NCBI GenBank assembly: GCA_038065475.1
Contig: JBBTQY010000009.1
Span: 1 to 54,984 of the forward strand
DNA: 54,984 nucleotides
Reading direction: 5' to 3'
Source of the DNA: Patescibacteria group bacterium
GTDB lineage: Bacteria; Patescibacteriota; Minisyncoccia; Ryanbacterales; GWA2-47-10b
Part shown: positions 1 through 9,908 of the stretch, piece by piece
Layout of the letters: each line of letters begins with the position of its first letter
How positions within the stretch are numbered: the stretch's first letter is position 1
The notes under the pieces: model-generated
The model's input: only the letters and a program-made list of their open reading frames with translations
Told to the model about the DNA's origin: nothing
Database searches by the model: none
Made by a program: the position numbers and the translations under genes

Positions 1-117
1 AATGGGCGAACAGTCTTTGGGTCCTTCGGGATCGGCAGCAAGAAGCGCGAATTTGCGCCCTACAAACATCGCGATAAGCGAGAACGCCAAAGCCAAAAAC
101 GCCAATCTTTTTTTCAT
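1..117 (-). CDS. N-terminal fragment (39 aa) of a secreted or lipoprotein-like protein; the gene continues upstream of the window
   Basis: Minus-strand ATG at 115-117 reads MKKRLAFLALAFSLIAMFVGRKFALLAADPEG..., a typical signal peptide. It is truncated at the window edge. Confidence 0.35.
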   Translation of the reverse strand, partial: MKKRLAFLALAFSLIAMFVGRKFALLAADPEGPKDCSPI

Positions 118-147
118 CGTAGTACGTATTGCTCTCATATCTTTATA

Positions 148-1194
148 TTAGCGCCCTTCTGTCGATACATGAAAGTTATATTTCTGTAGAAAAGCAAGCA
201 ACGCGGTCTCAAAAAGTTTTGGGTCCTCAATTTGCGGTATGTGACCAATACCCTTGAGCACGACCAGCTCTGCATTGGGAATATTTTTTTGTATATATTC
301 ACCTTGCTCGAGTGGCGTCACGGTGTCATCACTACCCCACATGATGGCAGTGGGTACTGTAATTGAACGATACGAATCAATTGAAGAGCTTAGCGCTTGG
401 GTGTCATGCACAAAAAATTGCCTGAGCCATGCGCTTACTGCGGCTGTAGTACCATTGAGTGAAAGCGGCTTTTGATAAACGATGACACGCTCGGGTGTTG
501 CGTCGGCAGGATCTTTAATGAAAGAACGGAGAATATATTTTGTTGTCATCGGGTTAGTCAAAGTGGCAGCAGTTATTGTGTATCCCAACGGCGAGACACC
601 AAGCACCATGCCGAGCACGTCCGACGAACTCGATGGAGACGACCCGAGACCGAGTGCTACATCTACCAAAACCAATCCGGCTACACGATCGGGCGCTTGC
701 AATACCGCCTCGACAGTAGCTCCTCCACCAAATGAATGACCTACAAAAACAGCCTTTTTGATACCAAGCGAATCGAGAGCACCTATAATACGCGATGCCT
801 GATCTTTGCGTGCATAGCGCGCCTCCCGCGGGCGCTCTGAATATCCAAACGGTGGTATATCAAGCGCAACCGCACGAAAACCAGCATCACCCAAGGCCTG
901 TAGAGAATCGCGCCAACTCTCACTCCATGCACCTGTACCATGGATGAACACCACGGGTATTGCATCTTTAGAACCTACTTCCTGTACGTACATCTCGATA
1001 TCGCCAGCACGCACAAACTGCCCTGACGCAGGTGCACTCGTGTGACGATCATTTATTTCACGCCTTCCTGCGTGCCAAGAGAAAAAGATGAGGGCAAGCA
1101 CCGCAAAAACAAAAAGCCAAAAAACTATCTTTAAAAGAATTTTTATTATTTTTAGTAGTACGCGGGTGATACTAATAATCATAAATATGCTCAA
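148..1194 (-). CDS. Membrane-anchored alpha/beta-hydrolase fold protein
   Basis: N-terminal TM helix. HGTGAWSESW oxyanion-hole region and GHSFGG nucleophile-elbow motif are present. 348-aa ORF. Confidence 0.8.
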   Translation of the reverse strand: MSIFMIISITRVLLKIIKILLKIVFWLFVFAVLALIFFSWHAGRREINDRHTSAPASGQFVRAGDIEMYVQEVGSKDAIPVVFIHGTGAWSESWRDSLQALGDAGFRAVALDIPPFGYSERPREARYARKDQASRIIGALDSLGIKKAVFVGHSFGGGATVEAVLQAPDRVAGLVLVDVALGLGSSPSSSSDVLGMVLGVSPLGYTITAATLTNPMTTKYILRSFIKDPADATPERVIVYQKPLSLNGTTAAVSAWLRQFFVHDTQALSSSIDSYRSITVPTAIMWGSDDTVTPLEQGEYIQKNIPNAELVVLKGIGHIPQIEDPKLFETALLAFLQKYNFHVSTEGR

Positions 1195-2278
1195 GCGTCA
1201 TGCCGCGCGCCTCAATATCGGCGAGTGCCTCGTGCAAGCGCGTGACTGACATCTTGATACCAAAGCGCTTTATAGCATTAGTACCGATGACCGGCATCGT
1301 AAAGACAATATCGGCGTATGACTCTGCTGGCGCCAAACCATCACGAGCGTGCAGAGTTAAAAATATTTCATCGTTGCCGGCGATCCTGACAAACTGCACG
1401 CCACGGCGCGCGAGCTCCGGCACGATATGAGTAAACTCTTCGTACCGCGGGATTATGACTGTATACGCACCCGCGCCACTCTCCGAGATTTTCCTTACCC
1501 TCGAATCCGCAAATATTGAGTCAGGCGCCCACTCAATCATGAGGGCAATATCAAGATCTTCAGGCGCATACGCCGCACCCGTACCCCAACCGATAAGCTT
1601 TCCATATACAGCCTTTACACCGTATTCAATACTCAAAATAATTTTACGCTCCCATTTGCGAATCATGTGCGGGCCCCACAAATCCGTCTCTCGCCAAAGA
1701 CCCTTGAGCTTCTGCGTAAAAGGAAAACGATACCACGGTACCGTATGCAAAAAAGTACCGTACTCGCGTGCGACCCCCGCAGCAAAGCGATCTTCTTGCG
1801 TCGATTCATTCCAACTTGTCAGTTCTGCCACCCTACCAATCGTTTGCTCATATATTCCTTTCACCGTATTTTCTACCGAGAAACTCTCACCAATAACAAA
1901 CAGCGCAAAATGAAAACCATCATCAGAAGGATAAGTATCCTTGGTAGCACAATAAATCGTACGATACGAACTCCAAAATTGTCCGGTAGCACGAAAATAG
2001 GAAAAGCCAGAAGGCATGCCCAGCTCAAGTGCCGAGGCATATTCCTCTGCGCTATAGACGATATACCACTCAGGAAATGTAAGGAATGTACGAATCTCGG
2101 GTCTCGTAACCTCCATCAGCTTTTGCTCGCCTGGAAGTGGAGTTACCGGCACGACCCCAAAACAACCAAAACGCACGTATGCGACCGGCAAACCCACTAA
2201 GAAAAAAAGTATGCTGAGGATGATACCGGCTATCTTGAGCTTACGCGATGCTCGTAAAAAAGAGATAAATTTATGCAA
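1172..2278 (-). CDS. Hypothetical membrane-anchored protein
   Basis: 368-aa ORF with an N-terminal TM segment. It overlaps its neighbours by 8-23 nt, indicating an operon. No recognisable domain. Confidence 0.55.
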   Translation of the reverse strand: MHKFISFLRASRKLKIAGIILSILFFLVGLPVAYVRFGCFGVVPVTPLPGEQKLMEVTRPEIRTFLTFPEWYIVYSAEEYASALELGMPSGFSYFRATGQFWSSYRTIYCATKDTYPSDDGFHFALFVIGESFSVENTVKGIYEQTIGRVAELTSWNESTQEDRFAAGVAREYGTFLHTVPWYRFPFTQKLKGLWRETDLWGPHMIRKWERKIILSIEYGVKAVYGKLIGWGTGAAYAPEDLDIALMIEWAPDSIFADSRVRKISESGAGAYTVIIPRYEEFTHIVPELARRGVQFVRIAGNDEIFLTLHARDGLAPAESYADIVFTMPVIGTNAIKRFGIKMSVTRLHEALADIEARGMTLEHIYDY

Positions 2279-2672
2279 ACTTACGGCTTAAGAAAAATCC
2301 GATGACAAGTGCGCCACCGCCAATCACTACATGCGGAAAGTTGATAGCGATACGCGTACCAAGATCGAGCGCCACACTGCCATGTAAAAAGATACCAAGA
2401 TCTAAATACCCACTACCTGTGAGAAGGCCTACGACTGCATCAAGACTATACAAAGTGCCGAACCCCTTGAAATAGAGAACGGCGGCACGACGTGATGTCC
2501 ACGCAGCGCAAGCCGCCCACAACGCAGATCCCAAGTGTAGGCCGTCATCAATTAAATCAATTTTAAATAAACCAAGGAGCAGCCCTTGATCGTCAGTGAA
2601 CCCAGGAATGTACCCGATGGCGACAACCGAGAAAAAGAGAAAAGCGTAAAACCAAGCAAGCTTTTGCATCAT
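2271..2672 (-). CDS. Small integral membrane protein (possibly DUF4383-like)
   Basis: 133 aa with 3-4 predicted TM helices. The family assignment is a guess from memory. Confidence 0.45.
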   Translation of the reverse strand: MMQKLAWFYAFLFFSVVAIGYIPGFTDDQGLLLGLFKIDLIDDGLHLGSALWAACAAWTSRRAAVLYFKGFGTLYSLDAVVGLLTGSGYLDLGIFLHGSVALDLGTRIAINFPHVVIGGGALVIGFFLSRKFA

Positions 2673-2707
2673 ATATCTATAATACTACCAAAAACAACAC
2701 TGGCAAA

Positions 2708-2742
2708 CAAAAAGACCCTCGCAGTTGCGGGGGTCTTTTTTG
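2708..2742. terminator. Bidirectional rho-independent terminator downstream of the DEAD-box helicase gene
   Basis: gaccctcgcagttgcgggggtc hairpin flanked by A-run and T-run on both strands. Confidence 0.6.
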
Positions 2743-2747
2743 ATTTT

Positions 2748-4061
2748 TTAGCGGCCGCCGAAACCTCGATTGCCTCCGCTATCTCGTCTTCGAAAACGAT
2801 TCTGAGAACTTGGACGAGATGAATTTCCGAAAGGGCTTGGCGAACGCGGTGTGCGTCTTCGTGGCGCACCGGCACCACGTGGAGAAAATGGTCGGCGTTC
2901 ATCAAAGTTTGGCTTATTGTCTGCGCGCGGACGGTCGGGCGGCAATTCGGGTACTGGCAAACGCTCGAGATTTTTGCGGATCAGACGTTCAATGTCGCGA
3001 ATGTCGCGCTGCTCTTCGGGCAATGCAAACGAAATCGCGCGACCGGAAGCCCCCGCGCGACCCGTGCGACCAATGCGATGTACATAGTCTGCGGCAGTCG
3101 ATGGCAAATCATAGTTGATAACAAGCTCGATACCGGTGACATCAATGCCACGCGCAGCGATATCGGTCGCGACAAGTACTTGGTATTTACCAGACTTAAA
3201 GCCGGCCAAAGCTTCCTTGCGCTGACCGAGCGATCGATTTGAATGAATCTCGGCTGCGGTATAACCCATCGTGCGCACAGAACGCATCACGCGTGATGCA
3301 CCGTGCTTGGTGCGCGTAAAGACTAGCGTCGATACTTTTTGTTCACCGAGAATTTTTTCGAGCAAACGATTTTTGGCGTCTTTTTTGATGATAAACATTT
3401 CCTGCATCACGCGCTCGGCGGTCGTACCTTGGGGCGCTATCTCAATGCGTACTGGCAACTTCATGGTTGATGATGCGATCTTCATGATTTCGGGTGAAAG
3501 CGTTGCTGAGAAAAGCATTGTTTGTTTTTCTTGTGGCAGCATTTTGAGGATGCGCTGAATCTGTGGCAAGAAACCCATATCAAGCATACGATCTGCCTCA
3601 TCGAGTACCAGCATGTGTACGTTTGCGAGTGAAAGCGTTTTTTGTTCCAAATGATCGTTGAGGCGACCAGGTGTCGCCACAATCACGTGCGGGTTGCCGC
3701 GCAAAGCCTGTATCTGAGGACGAATTGACGCGCCACCGATAAGCACCGCAGTGCGAAGCCCGAGTGATTTACCAACCGTATGGAGCACCTCGTCTACCTG
3801 CAATGCAAGTTCGCGTGTTGGCAGTAAGACAAGCCCGCGGCCTTTGGTCTGAGCTAAACGCTGCACCATAGGAATACCAAATGCGAGCGTTTTGCCGGTA
3901 CCCGTCTGTGCAATGCCGACCACGTCTTTACCTTCGACGCCTACCGGAATCGCTTGGCGCTGAATAGGTGTAGGACTCGTAAATTTCAATTTTTCTAAAA
4001 TCTGCAAAAGCCCTGGTGCTACGCCAAGGCCATAAAATCCGTTTTGTTGTTGATTGTTCAT
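2748..4061 (-). CDS. DEAD-box ATP-dependent RNA helicase with Arg/Gly-rich C-terminal tail
   Basis: Q-motif (TPIQRQAIP), AQTGTGKT Walker A, VLDEADRMLDMGF DEAD box, SAT and HRIGRTGRAG motifs. RGG/RGFGGR tail. Confidence 0.92.
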   Translation of the reverse strand: MNNQQQNGFYGLGVAPGLLQILEKLKFTSPTPIQRQAIPVGVEGKDVVGIAQTGTGKTLAFGIPMVQRLAQTKGRGLVLLPTRELALQVDEVLHTVGKSLGLRTAVLIGGASIRPQIQALRGNPHVIVATPGRLNDHLEQKTLSLANVHMLVLDEADRMLDMGFLPQIQRILKMLPQEKQTMLFSATLSPEIMKIASSTMKLPVRIEIAPQGTTAERVMQEMFIIKKDAKNRLLEKILGEQKVSTLVFTRTKHGASRVMRSVRTMGYTAAEIHSNRSLGQRKEALAGFKSGKYQVLVATDIAARGIDVTGIELVINYDLPSTAADYVHRIGRTGRAGASGRAISFALPEEQRDIRDIERLIRKNLERLPVPELPPDRPRADNKPNFDERRPFSPRGAGAPRRRTPRSPSPFGNSSRPSSQNRFRRRDSGGNRGFGGR

Positions 4062-4366
4062 AGTTTTGTTTTCTTTGGAACAAAGTCGCCGGCAGGCTCT
4101 CTGCTCTTCTCAATAAATTCTGGAAATTCTGAAAGCTCTGCTTCAGCATTGGCGATATCAGCACGCTTTTGCGCAATAATTCCTTGATCTCCCTTACCGG
4201 CCTCTAGAGCAGCAAGCTCCTCTTGCATCTCAGTGATATTTGCGGCAAGCGCCTCCGCATATTGTCGAATAGCTTCAAGCTCAGCCTCAGCGGCTTCGGG
4301 AGATAACAATATCTCTTCTCCACTCTCAGCGTTCTCGGGTATATCTATTGGAGGTTTTTCTGACAT
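4058..4366 (-). CDS. Small acidic coiled-coil protein, translationally coupled to the DEAD-box helicase (ATGA overlap)
   Basis: 102 aa, Glu/Ala-rich heptad-like sequence. A 4-nt overlap joins it to the downstream helicase start. Confidence 0.45.
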   Translation of the reverse strand: MSEKPPIDIPENAESGEEILLSPEAAEAELEAIRQYAEALAANITEMQEELAALEAGKGDQGIIAQKRADIANAEAELSEFPEFIEKSREPAGDFVPKKTKL

Positions 4367-4380
4367 GCCTCCAGTATAAC

Positions 4381-6168
4381 TTATTTCTTGCGTGCGCGAA
4401 CACGATCGGCTTCGGTCAAGTACATCTTACGGATGCGCGTACTCGTAGGCGTCACCTCGAGATATTCGTCTTCAGCCATGACTTCTAAACCGCGCTCAAT
4501 AGTAATCTCTTGTGGAGGCACCAAGTCAATCGCATCATCAGATGATTTTGATCGCATGTTGGTGAGCTGCTTACCCTTGGTCGGATTCACCATCATCTCC
4601 TCACCCTTGGCAGTGTTGCCGATAACCATACCTTCGTATACTTCGGTACTGGGACCGATATAGAGCGTACCACGCTCCTGCAAACCCCACAGAGCGAACC
4701 CGAGAGCTTTACCCGTAGTCATTGAGATCATAGAACCAACCACGCGTTTTTTGATCTCACCTGCGTGCTCACGAAACTCGATAAAGCGCGAAGCGAGGAT
4801 CCCTTCGCCCTTGGTATCGACAACGAAAGAACTGCGATATCCTAAAAGACCGCGGGTGGGACCTTCAAAAATCATACGCACCGTCTCGCCTTCCATGCGC
4901 AAGTCTTTCATGACAAATTTGCGAAGCCCAAGTTTTTCGATGACCGCACCCTGAAATTCATTTGGTACATCAGCGACGACTTCTTCATACGGCTCAAATT
5001 TTTTGCCATCAATCTCGCGGATGATTACCTGTGGCTGTGATACTTGGAGCTCGTAGCCGGCACGACGCATATTCTCAATCAAAATTGCCACATGCAATTC
5101 GCCGCGGCCATATACGCGATAACTATCAGACGCAGTAAAGTCAATACGCAAACCTACGTTGACCTCAAGCTCGCGCTCAAGATATTCACGAATCTGGCGG
5201 CTTGTTACAAACTTGCCCTCGCGACCTGCAAGTGGTGAGCTGTTTACCAAAAAGTTCAGAGCGATCGTCGGCTCATCAACCGCAATTGCTGGTAGAGCCT
5301 GGGCATCAGCGCTCTCGGCTACCGTCTCGCCGATATCGATATCTGCAAAACCGGCAACAAGCGCAATGTCTCCTGCAGAGACACTCTCAGCGTCAACACG
5401 ATCAAGCCCCTTAAATGTAAAGAGCTTAGTTACCTTACCTGGGCGGGTCTCGCCGGTAGGTTTTTTGATGAAAATCTGTTTGCCTACTGATACGGTACCT
5501 TCATAAATACGCGTGACGGCAAGGCGACCCAAAAAGTTATCATACCCAAGGTTAAATGGCTGCAGACGCAGTGGCATCTTTGCGCGCTCGGCAGATGACG
5601 CAACCGGTACATGTTCTAAAATAGTCTCGAGTAGAGGCGTGAGATCTTTTGAATCATCAGTCAATTTTTTCTTGGCGATGCCCTCGCGACCAATTGCATA
5701 GACAATAGGAAAATCTGCCTGCGCGTCAGATGCACCAAGCTCCAAAAAGAGTTCGAGTACCTGTTCCTCACAACGGGCAGGGTCGGCTGCGGGCTTGTCG
5801 ATTTTGTTGATTACCACGATTGGCTTCAAACCAAGCTCGAGTGATTTTTTGAGTACAAAACGCGTTTGTGGCATGGGACCTTCCTGTGCGTCTACCACAA
5901 GCAACACCGAGTCAATCGAGCGGAGTACGCGCTCAACCTCGGAGCCGAAATCGGCATGGCCTGGGGTATCTACTATATTAATCTTTGTATCATTCCAAAT
6001 AACCGCGGCATTTTTTGCATAAATAGTAATGCCACGCTCTTGCTCAAGTGTATTTGAGTCCATCGTGACACCTTCGGCAACCGCGCCCGTTTGGCGCATC
6101 AAAGCATCGGTCAAGGTGGTCTTGCCGTGGTCTACGTGAGCAATAATTGCAATATTTCGAATATCCAT
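4381..6168 (-). CDS. typA: Translational GTPase TypA/BipA
   Basis: [14 protein letters not shown]1 motif, DTPGHADF G3 and NKIDK G4 motifs. Full-length collinear match to BipA architecture (595 aa). Confidence 0.92.
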   Translation of the reverse strand: MDIRNIAIIAHVDHGKTTLTDALMRQTGAVAEGVTMDSNTLEQERGITIYAKNAAVIWNDTKINIVDTPGHADFGSEVERVLRSIDSVLLVVDAQEGPMPQTRFVLKKSLELGLKPIVVINKIDKPAADPARCEEQVLELFLELGASDAQADFPIVYAIGREGIAKKKLTDDSKDLTPLLETILEHVPVASSAERAKMPLRLQPFNLGYDNFLGRLAVTRIYEGTVSVGKQIFIKKPTGETRPGKVTKLFTFKGLDRVDAESVSAGDIALVAGFADIDIGETVAESADAQALPAIAVDEPTIALNFLVNSSPLAGREGKFVTSRQIREYLERELEVNVGLRIDFTASDSYRVYGRGELHVAILIENMRRAGYELQVSQPQVIIREIDGKKFEPYEEVVADVPNEFQGAVIEKLGLRKFVMKDLRMEGETVRMIFEGPTRGLLGYRSSFVVDTKGEGILASRFIEFREHAGEIKKRVVGSMISMTTGKALGFALWGLQERGTLYIGPSTEVYEGMVIGNTAKGEEMMVNPTKGKQLTNMRSKSSDDAIDLVPPQEITIERGLEVMAEDEYLEVTPTSTRIRKMYLTEADRVRARKK

Positions 6169-6261
6169 AAGGTCAAAATAAAAAGTCCCGCGCGGGGCTT
6201 ATCTAAGGCTTTTACTATACCAAAAGACCGAAAAATAAGCAAGGATTAGCTTTTCAGACTA

Positions 6262-6290
6262 TTGACAAATATATATAAATATATTATAAA
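6262..6290 (+). promoter_or_regulatory. Sigma70-type promoter (TTGACA-17 nt-TATAAA) for the small ORF at 6352
   Basis: TTGACA at 6262-6267, exact 17-nt AT-rich spacer, TATAAA at 6285-6290. A GGAAGGAG RBS follows upstream of the ATG. Confidence 0.55.
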
Positions 6291-6351
6291 AGAATCTAGG
6301 AATCTTCAACAACGACGCAACTAGGATAAAAAGGGGAAGGAGAAACTACGC

Positions 6352-6501
6352 ATGCTGAAGATCATACTGATCGGGGTCTTCGCCGGAAGCGCTGTAGACG
6401 CTGCCGACTCAAACTTCATCGCGGGCATTTATACAATGGCTGCCGTCATCATCTTCTGCTTCTACCTCGAAGACCTCGCGAAGATCATCGCGAAGCGCTG
6501 A
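6352..6501 (+). CDS. 49-aa hydrophobic peptide (MLKIILIGVFAGSAVDAADSNFIAGIYTMAAVIIFCFYLEDLAKIIAKR). It is absent from the ORF track, which contains no ORF shorter than 60 aa
   Basis: Strong SD (aaggggaaggag) 7 nt upstream of the ATG. Consensus promoter upstream and terminator hairpin downstream. Two hydrophobic segments. Confidence 0.5.
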   Translation: MLKIILIGVFAGSAVDAADSNFIAGIYTMAAVIIFCFYLEDLAKIIAKR

Positions 6502-6547
6502 AGCACCAAAGACTCAAGAGCAAGAGTCACAAAACCAGTCGCTCAAC

Positions 6548-6583
6548 GCCCACACGGCACACCGTGTGGGCGAACTTGTTTTT
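6548..6583 (+). terminator. Rho-independent terminator after the 49-aa ORF
   Basis: Perfect 10-bp stem gcccacacgg/ccgtgtgggc with 4-nt loop, followed by a T-run. Confidence 0.6.
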
Positions 6584-6585
6584 AT

Positions 6586-7167
6586 ATGCAAATACCACCT
6601 CAACCTGCTACACTTGTGGTGATGCAAAAGACAGATGCACAACTTGTAAGTGAATATATTGCGGGCGACGACAGCGCACTTGAAACACTTGTCGCGCGCC
6701 ACCTTACACTCACATACCGTTTTGTCTATAAAATGACGGGCAATGCGCAAGACGCCGAAGATATCACTCAAGAAACCTTTATCAAAGCATGGCGTGCGCT
6801 CAAAACATTTGATCAAACAAAAAACTTCACCACGTGGCTACTTACCATCGCCAAGCACACTGCGATTGATATGCTTCGCAAAAAACGCGGTCTCTCATTT
6901 GCTGATTTTGAAAATGATGATGGCACTAATCGGCTCATCGAAATACTTGCGAGCGACAGCCAATCGCCAGATAGATACGCTGAGGGCATAGAGGCGCGCA
7001 ACACCACCAACAATCTTCCAGACGCATATCACGAGATTCTTTCCCTTCACTATGATGACGGCCTCACACTCGAAGAAATCGGCATTGAGCTTAAAAAACC
7101 AACCAATACTATCAAGAGCCAACATCGCCGAGCACTCGCCGCTCTCCGAAAAATACTCCATATATAG
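6586..7167 (+). CDS. ECF-type RNA polymerase sigma-70 family factor. The true start is probably the internal Met near 6622 (MQKTDAQLVSEY...)
   Basis: Sigma70 region 2 (DAEDITQETFIKAWRAL, TWLLTIAKHTAIDMLRKK) and region 4 HTH (LEEIGIELKKPTNTIKSQHRRALAALRK). Confidence 0.85.
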   Translation: MQIPPQPATLVVMQKTDAQLVSEYIAGDDSALETLVARHLTLTYRFVYKMTGNAQDAEDITQETFIKAWRALKTFDQTKNFTTWLLTIAKHTAIDMLRKKRGLSFADFENDDGTNRLIEILASDSQSPDRYAEGIEARNTTNNLPDAYHEILSLHYDDGLTLEEIGIELKKPTNTIKSQHRRALAALRKILHI

Positions 7168-7182
7168 AAGATATGAAAAATC

Positions 7183-7212
7183 AAAAGGCGCGCACCCAAA
7201 TGCGCGCCTTTT
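7183..7212 (+). terminator. Rho-independent terminator after the sigma factor gene
   Basis: ggcgcgca-cccaaa-tgcgcgcc hairpin followed by tttt. Confidence 0.6.
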
Positions 7213-7226
7213 ACGTATAAGAAGAT

Positions 7227-7613
7227 ATGGACCAAAATCCTTGGCACGTATCCCCTCCCCCTCGCCTTGGGCAAACAATAATCAAACATATTAAAAGAGA
7301 CGCACAAAGGCGAGCGGCTCTGAGTATGAGTATCTACGCGATACTAGCAGTCGCTGCCGTGAGCGCATTAATTCCTGCATATTCATATATGCACTCAGAG
7401 ATAGCGCGCACGGGTTTTTCTGAGTTTCTCTATCTTATGTATTCAGATAGCGCATTCGTTATAACCAACTGGCAAGAAATGATTTTTACCATTCTTGAAT
7501 CGCTCCCCATCGTCGGTATGGTGGCGATCCTCACTCTTGCACTAACGCTTTTAGCCTCACTCCGCATGATTGCACGCTCGTCGCGCGGCAAAATGCGCGT
7601 AAAAACTATTTAA
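7227..7613 (+). CDS. Membrane protein downstream of the ECF sigma factor (candidate anti-sigma factor or membrane partner)
   Basis: 128 aa with two TM segments. The anti-sigma role is suggested by position only; no recognisable anti-sigma domain. Confidence 0.4.
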   Translation: MDQNPWHVSPPPRLGQTIIKHIKRDAQRRAALSMSIYAILAVAAVSALIPAYSYMHSEIARTGFSEFLYLMYSDSAFVITNWQEMIFTILESLPIVGMVAILTLALTLLASLRMIARSSRGKMRVKTI

Positions 7614-7616
7614 TCT

Positions 7617-8096
7617 ATGAACATCAAAGAAATCATTCAATCAAAAATATTTACCGGCGTCCTCTACGGCATCGCCATCACCATTGTGGCACTTCTTATT
7701 TTTCAAGCAGGTATCATGGTCGGACATCGTAAGGCGGCTTACTCATACCGTTTTGGTGAGACCTACTATCGTACTTTCGGCAAACCAGGCGACATGGTAC
7801 GCGACACATTCCCGGGCGAACTTGCTAGCGGCCACGGAGCTGTAGGCCGTATTATCAAACTCGAACCGCCTACCATTATCTTGGAAGGGCCCGACAACAT
7901 TGAGAAGCTCATCGCAATCGGCGACCAAACAATCATCAAACGCTTTCGTGACATCATCACAACTAACGATCTCAAGCTTGAAGACCATATCATCGTAATC
8001 GGCGAACCCGATGAGACAGGTAGCATCAATGCCCGACTCATACGCGTTATGCCAAACGATACGCCGCCACCTTTTCTTATTAAGATAAAAGAATAA
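7617..8096 (+). CDS. Hypothetical membrane-anchored protein
   Basis: 159 aa with one N-terminal TM helix. Sits 4 nt after the previous gene. Confidence 0.45.
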   Translation: MNIKEIIQSKIFTGVLYGIAITIVALLIFQAGIMVGHRKAAYSYRFGETYYRTFGKPGDMVRDTFPGELASGHGAVGRIIKLEPPTIILEGPDNIEKLIAIGDQTIIKRFRDIITTNDLKLEDHIIVIGEPDETGSINARLIRVMPNDTPPPFLIKIKE

Positions 8097-8103
8097 TAGT
8101 CAT

Positions 8104-9903
8104 ATGCTCAATCGCATCAAACACATCAGACATACAATACTTGTCCTTGCCAAAGCGCATAGAAAAATAAGTATAGCGCTTTTAGTTTTTCTTGCGCTCG
8201 GTGGGTATTGGACATACTCGTCACTCACTTCTGCTAATGAATCAACGCGCTATATATTAGCATCAGCAGAACGGCAAACCGTTATCTCAACCGTCACCGG
8301 CAGCGGACAGGTATCCGCATCAAATCAGATTGATCTCAAGCCGAAGGCATCTGGTGATGTAGTCTACGTAGGAGTCGCGGCTGGCGCACAGGTAAAGGCG
8401 GGTGCGCTTATCGCCCAACTCGATGCACGTGATGCGCAAAAGGCAGTGCGCGATGCTGAAGCAAACCTCGAGAGCGCAAAACTCTCGCTTGAAAAACTAC
8501 AAAAACCGGCTGACGTACTTTCTGTGCTACAAGCAGAAAATACACTCGCGCGCGCCAATGAGTCAAAACAGCAAGCTGAGGATGATCTGGCAAAGGCCTA
8601 CGAAGATGGATTCAATGATGTTGCCAACGCGTTTCTTGATCTACCTACTGTCATGACGGGCCTTCAAGATATTTTTTACAATCAAACATCAAGTCTGGGC
8701 GGCAGCGGCCAGCAAAATATTGGCTACTACGCTGACTCCGTAAAACAATACGACGCAAAAGCGACCGATTTTAAAAGCGATCTTGAAACAAAATTTCAGG
8801 TTGCCCGCAAAGCGTATGATGCAAACTTCCAAAACTACAAATCAGTCACGCGTTCATCGGACAAAGAAACAATAGAAAAAATAATTACAGAAACTTACGA
8901 AACGTCAAAAGCACTTGCAGAAGCAACGAAGAGCGGAAACAATCTCATCCAGTTTTATAAAGACAAACTTGCAGCGCAAGGTCTCACACCTGCGGCCGTA
9001 TCGACCTCTCATCTTTCGAGCCTCAATACCTATACCGGGCAAATAAATACGCATCTTTCAACTCTTCTGACCGCAAAAAATGATATCGCCAACAGCCGCG
9101 ATACTATTCTCAACGCTGACCGCTCAATCCAGGAAAATACCGAGTCACTCGCAAAACTCCGAGCCGGTGCCGATACCCTTGATCTCAAATCGGCCGAGCT
9201 TACCGTACGTCAAAGACAGAATGCACTCACTGACGCCAAAGAAAAGCTTGCCGATTATTTTGTTCGCGCGCCGTTTGATGGCACAGTGGCAAAGCTGAGC
9301 GTTAAAAAAGCAGACTCGGTTACTAGTGGCACCGCAATCGCAATTTTTATTACCAAACAACAGCTTGCCGAACTCTCACTCAATGAAGTCGACGTGGCAA
9401 AAATTAAAATAGGACAAAAGGCAACTCTCACGTTTGACGCCATTGAAGGATTGGGAATCTCTGGCTCGGTAGTCGAGATTGATACCGTTGGAACCGTCAC
9501 ACAGGGTGTAGTCACCTACAACATCAAAATTGGCTTTGATACTCAAGATGATCGTATCAAACCCGGCATGAGTACAAGTGCCGCCATCATCACCGACGTA
9601 CGCCAAGATGTAATCACGGTACCGTCAGCTGCCGTTAAATCACAGGGCGATGTTTCTTACGTAGAGATTCTCGAGAGCACAGCATCGGCAGAAGAAATAA
9701 CAACAGGCGTAACTTCTGATACCGCACCGCGTCAACAACAGGTAGAGATTGGTATCTCAAGTGATACGGTGACAGAAATTATCTCTGGCATTGATGTTAG
9801 TACCAAGGTGGTCACACGCACCATATCGGGCACGGCGAATGCTACACAGCAAGCACCGAGCCTTATTGGTGGAGGCGGTGGCGGAGTACGCGTACCACGT
9901 TAA
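8104..9903 (+). CDS. HlyD/MacA-family periplasmic adaptor (membrane fusion protein) of a tripartite efflux pump
   Basis: N-terminal TM anchor, biotinyl-lipoyl-like segments, a long coiled-coil hairpin and a beta-barrel region. C-terminal poly-Gly tail. Lies directly upstream of the MacB-like ATPase and permease. Confidence 0.8.
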   Translation: MLNRIKHIRHTILVLAKAHRKISIALLVFLALGGYWTYSSLTSANESTRYILASAERQTVISTVTGSGQVSASNQIDLKPKASGDVVYVGVAAGAQVKAGALIAQLDARDAQKAVRDAEANLESAKLSLEKLQKPADVLSVLQAENTLARANESKQQAEDDLAKAYEDGFNDVANAFLDLPTVMTGLQDIFYNQTSSLGGSGQQNIGYYADSVKQYDAKATDFKSDLETKFQVARKAYDANFQNYKSVTRSSDKETIEKIITETYETSKALAEATKSGNNLIQFYKDKLAAQGLTPAAVSTSHLSSLNTYTGQINTHLSTLLTAKNDIANSRDTILNADRSIQENTESLAKLRAGADTLDLKSAELTVRQRQNALTDAKEKLADYFVRAPFDGTVAKLSVKKADSVTSGTAIAIFITKQQLAELSLNEVDVAKIKIGQKATLTFDAIEGLGISGSVVEIDTVGTVTQGVVTYNIKIGFDTQDDRIKPGMSTSAAIITDVRQDVITVPSAAVKSQGDVSYVEILESTASAEEITTGVTSDTAPRQQQVEIGISSDTVTEIISGIDVSTKVVTRTISGTANATQQAPSLIGGGGGGVRVPR

Positions 9904-9908
9904 TATCT

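Noticed and set aside
2669-2905. 78-aa ORF overlapping the 3' end of the DEAD-box helicase gene
   Set aside because: It lies entirely within the confidently assigned helicase coding and terminator region in another frame. No SD and a low-complexity product.
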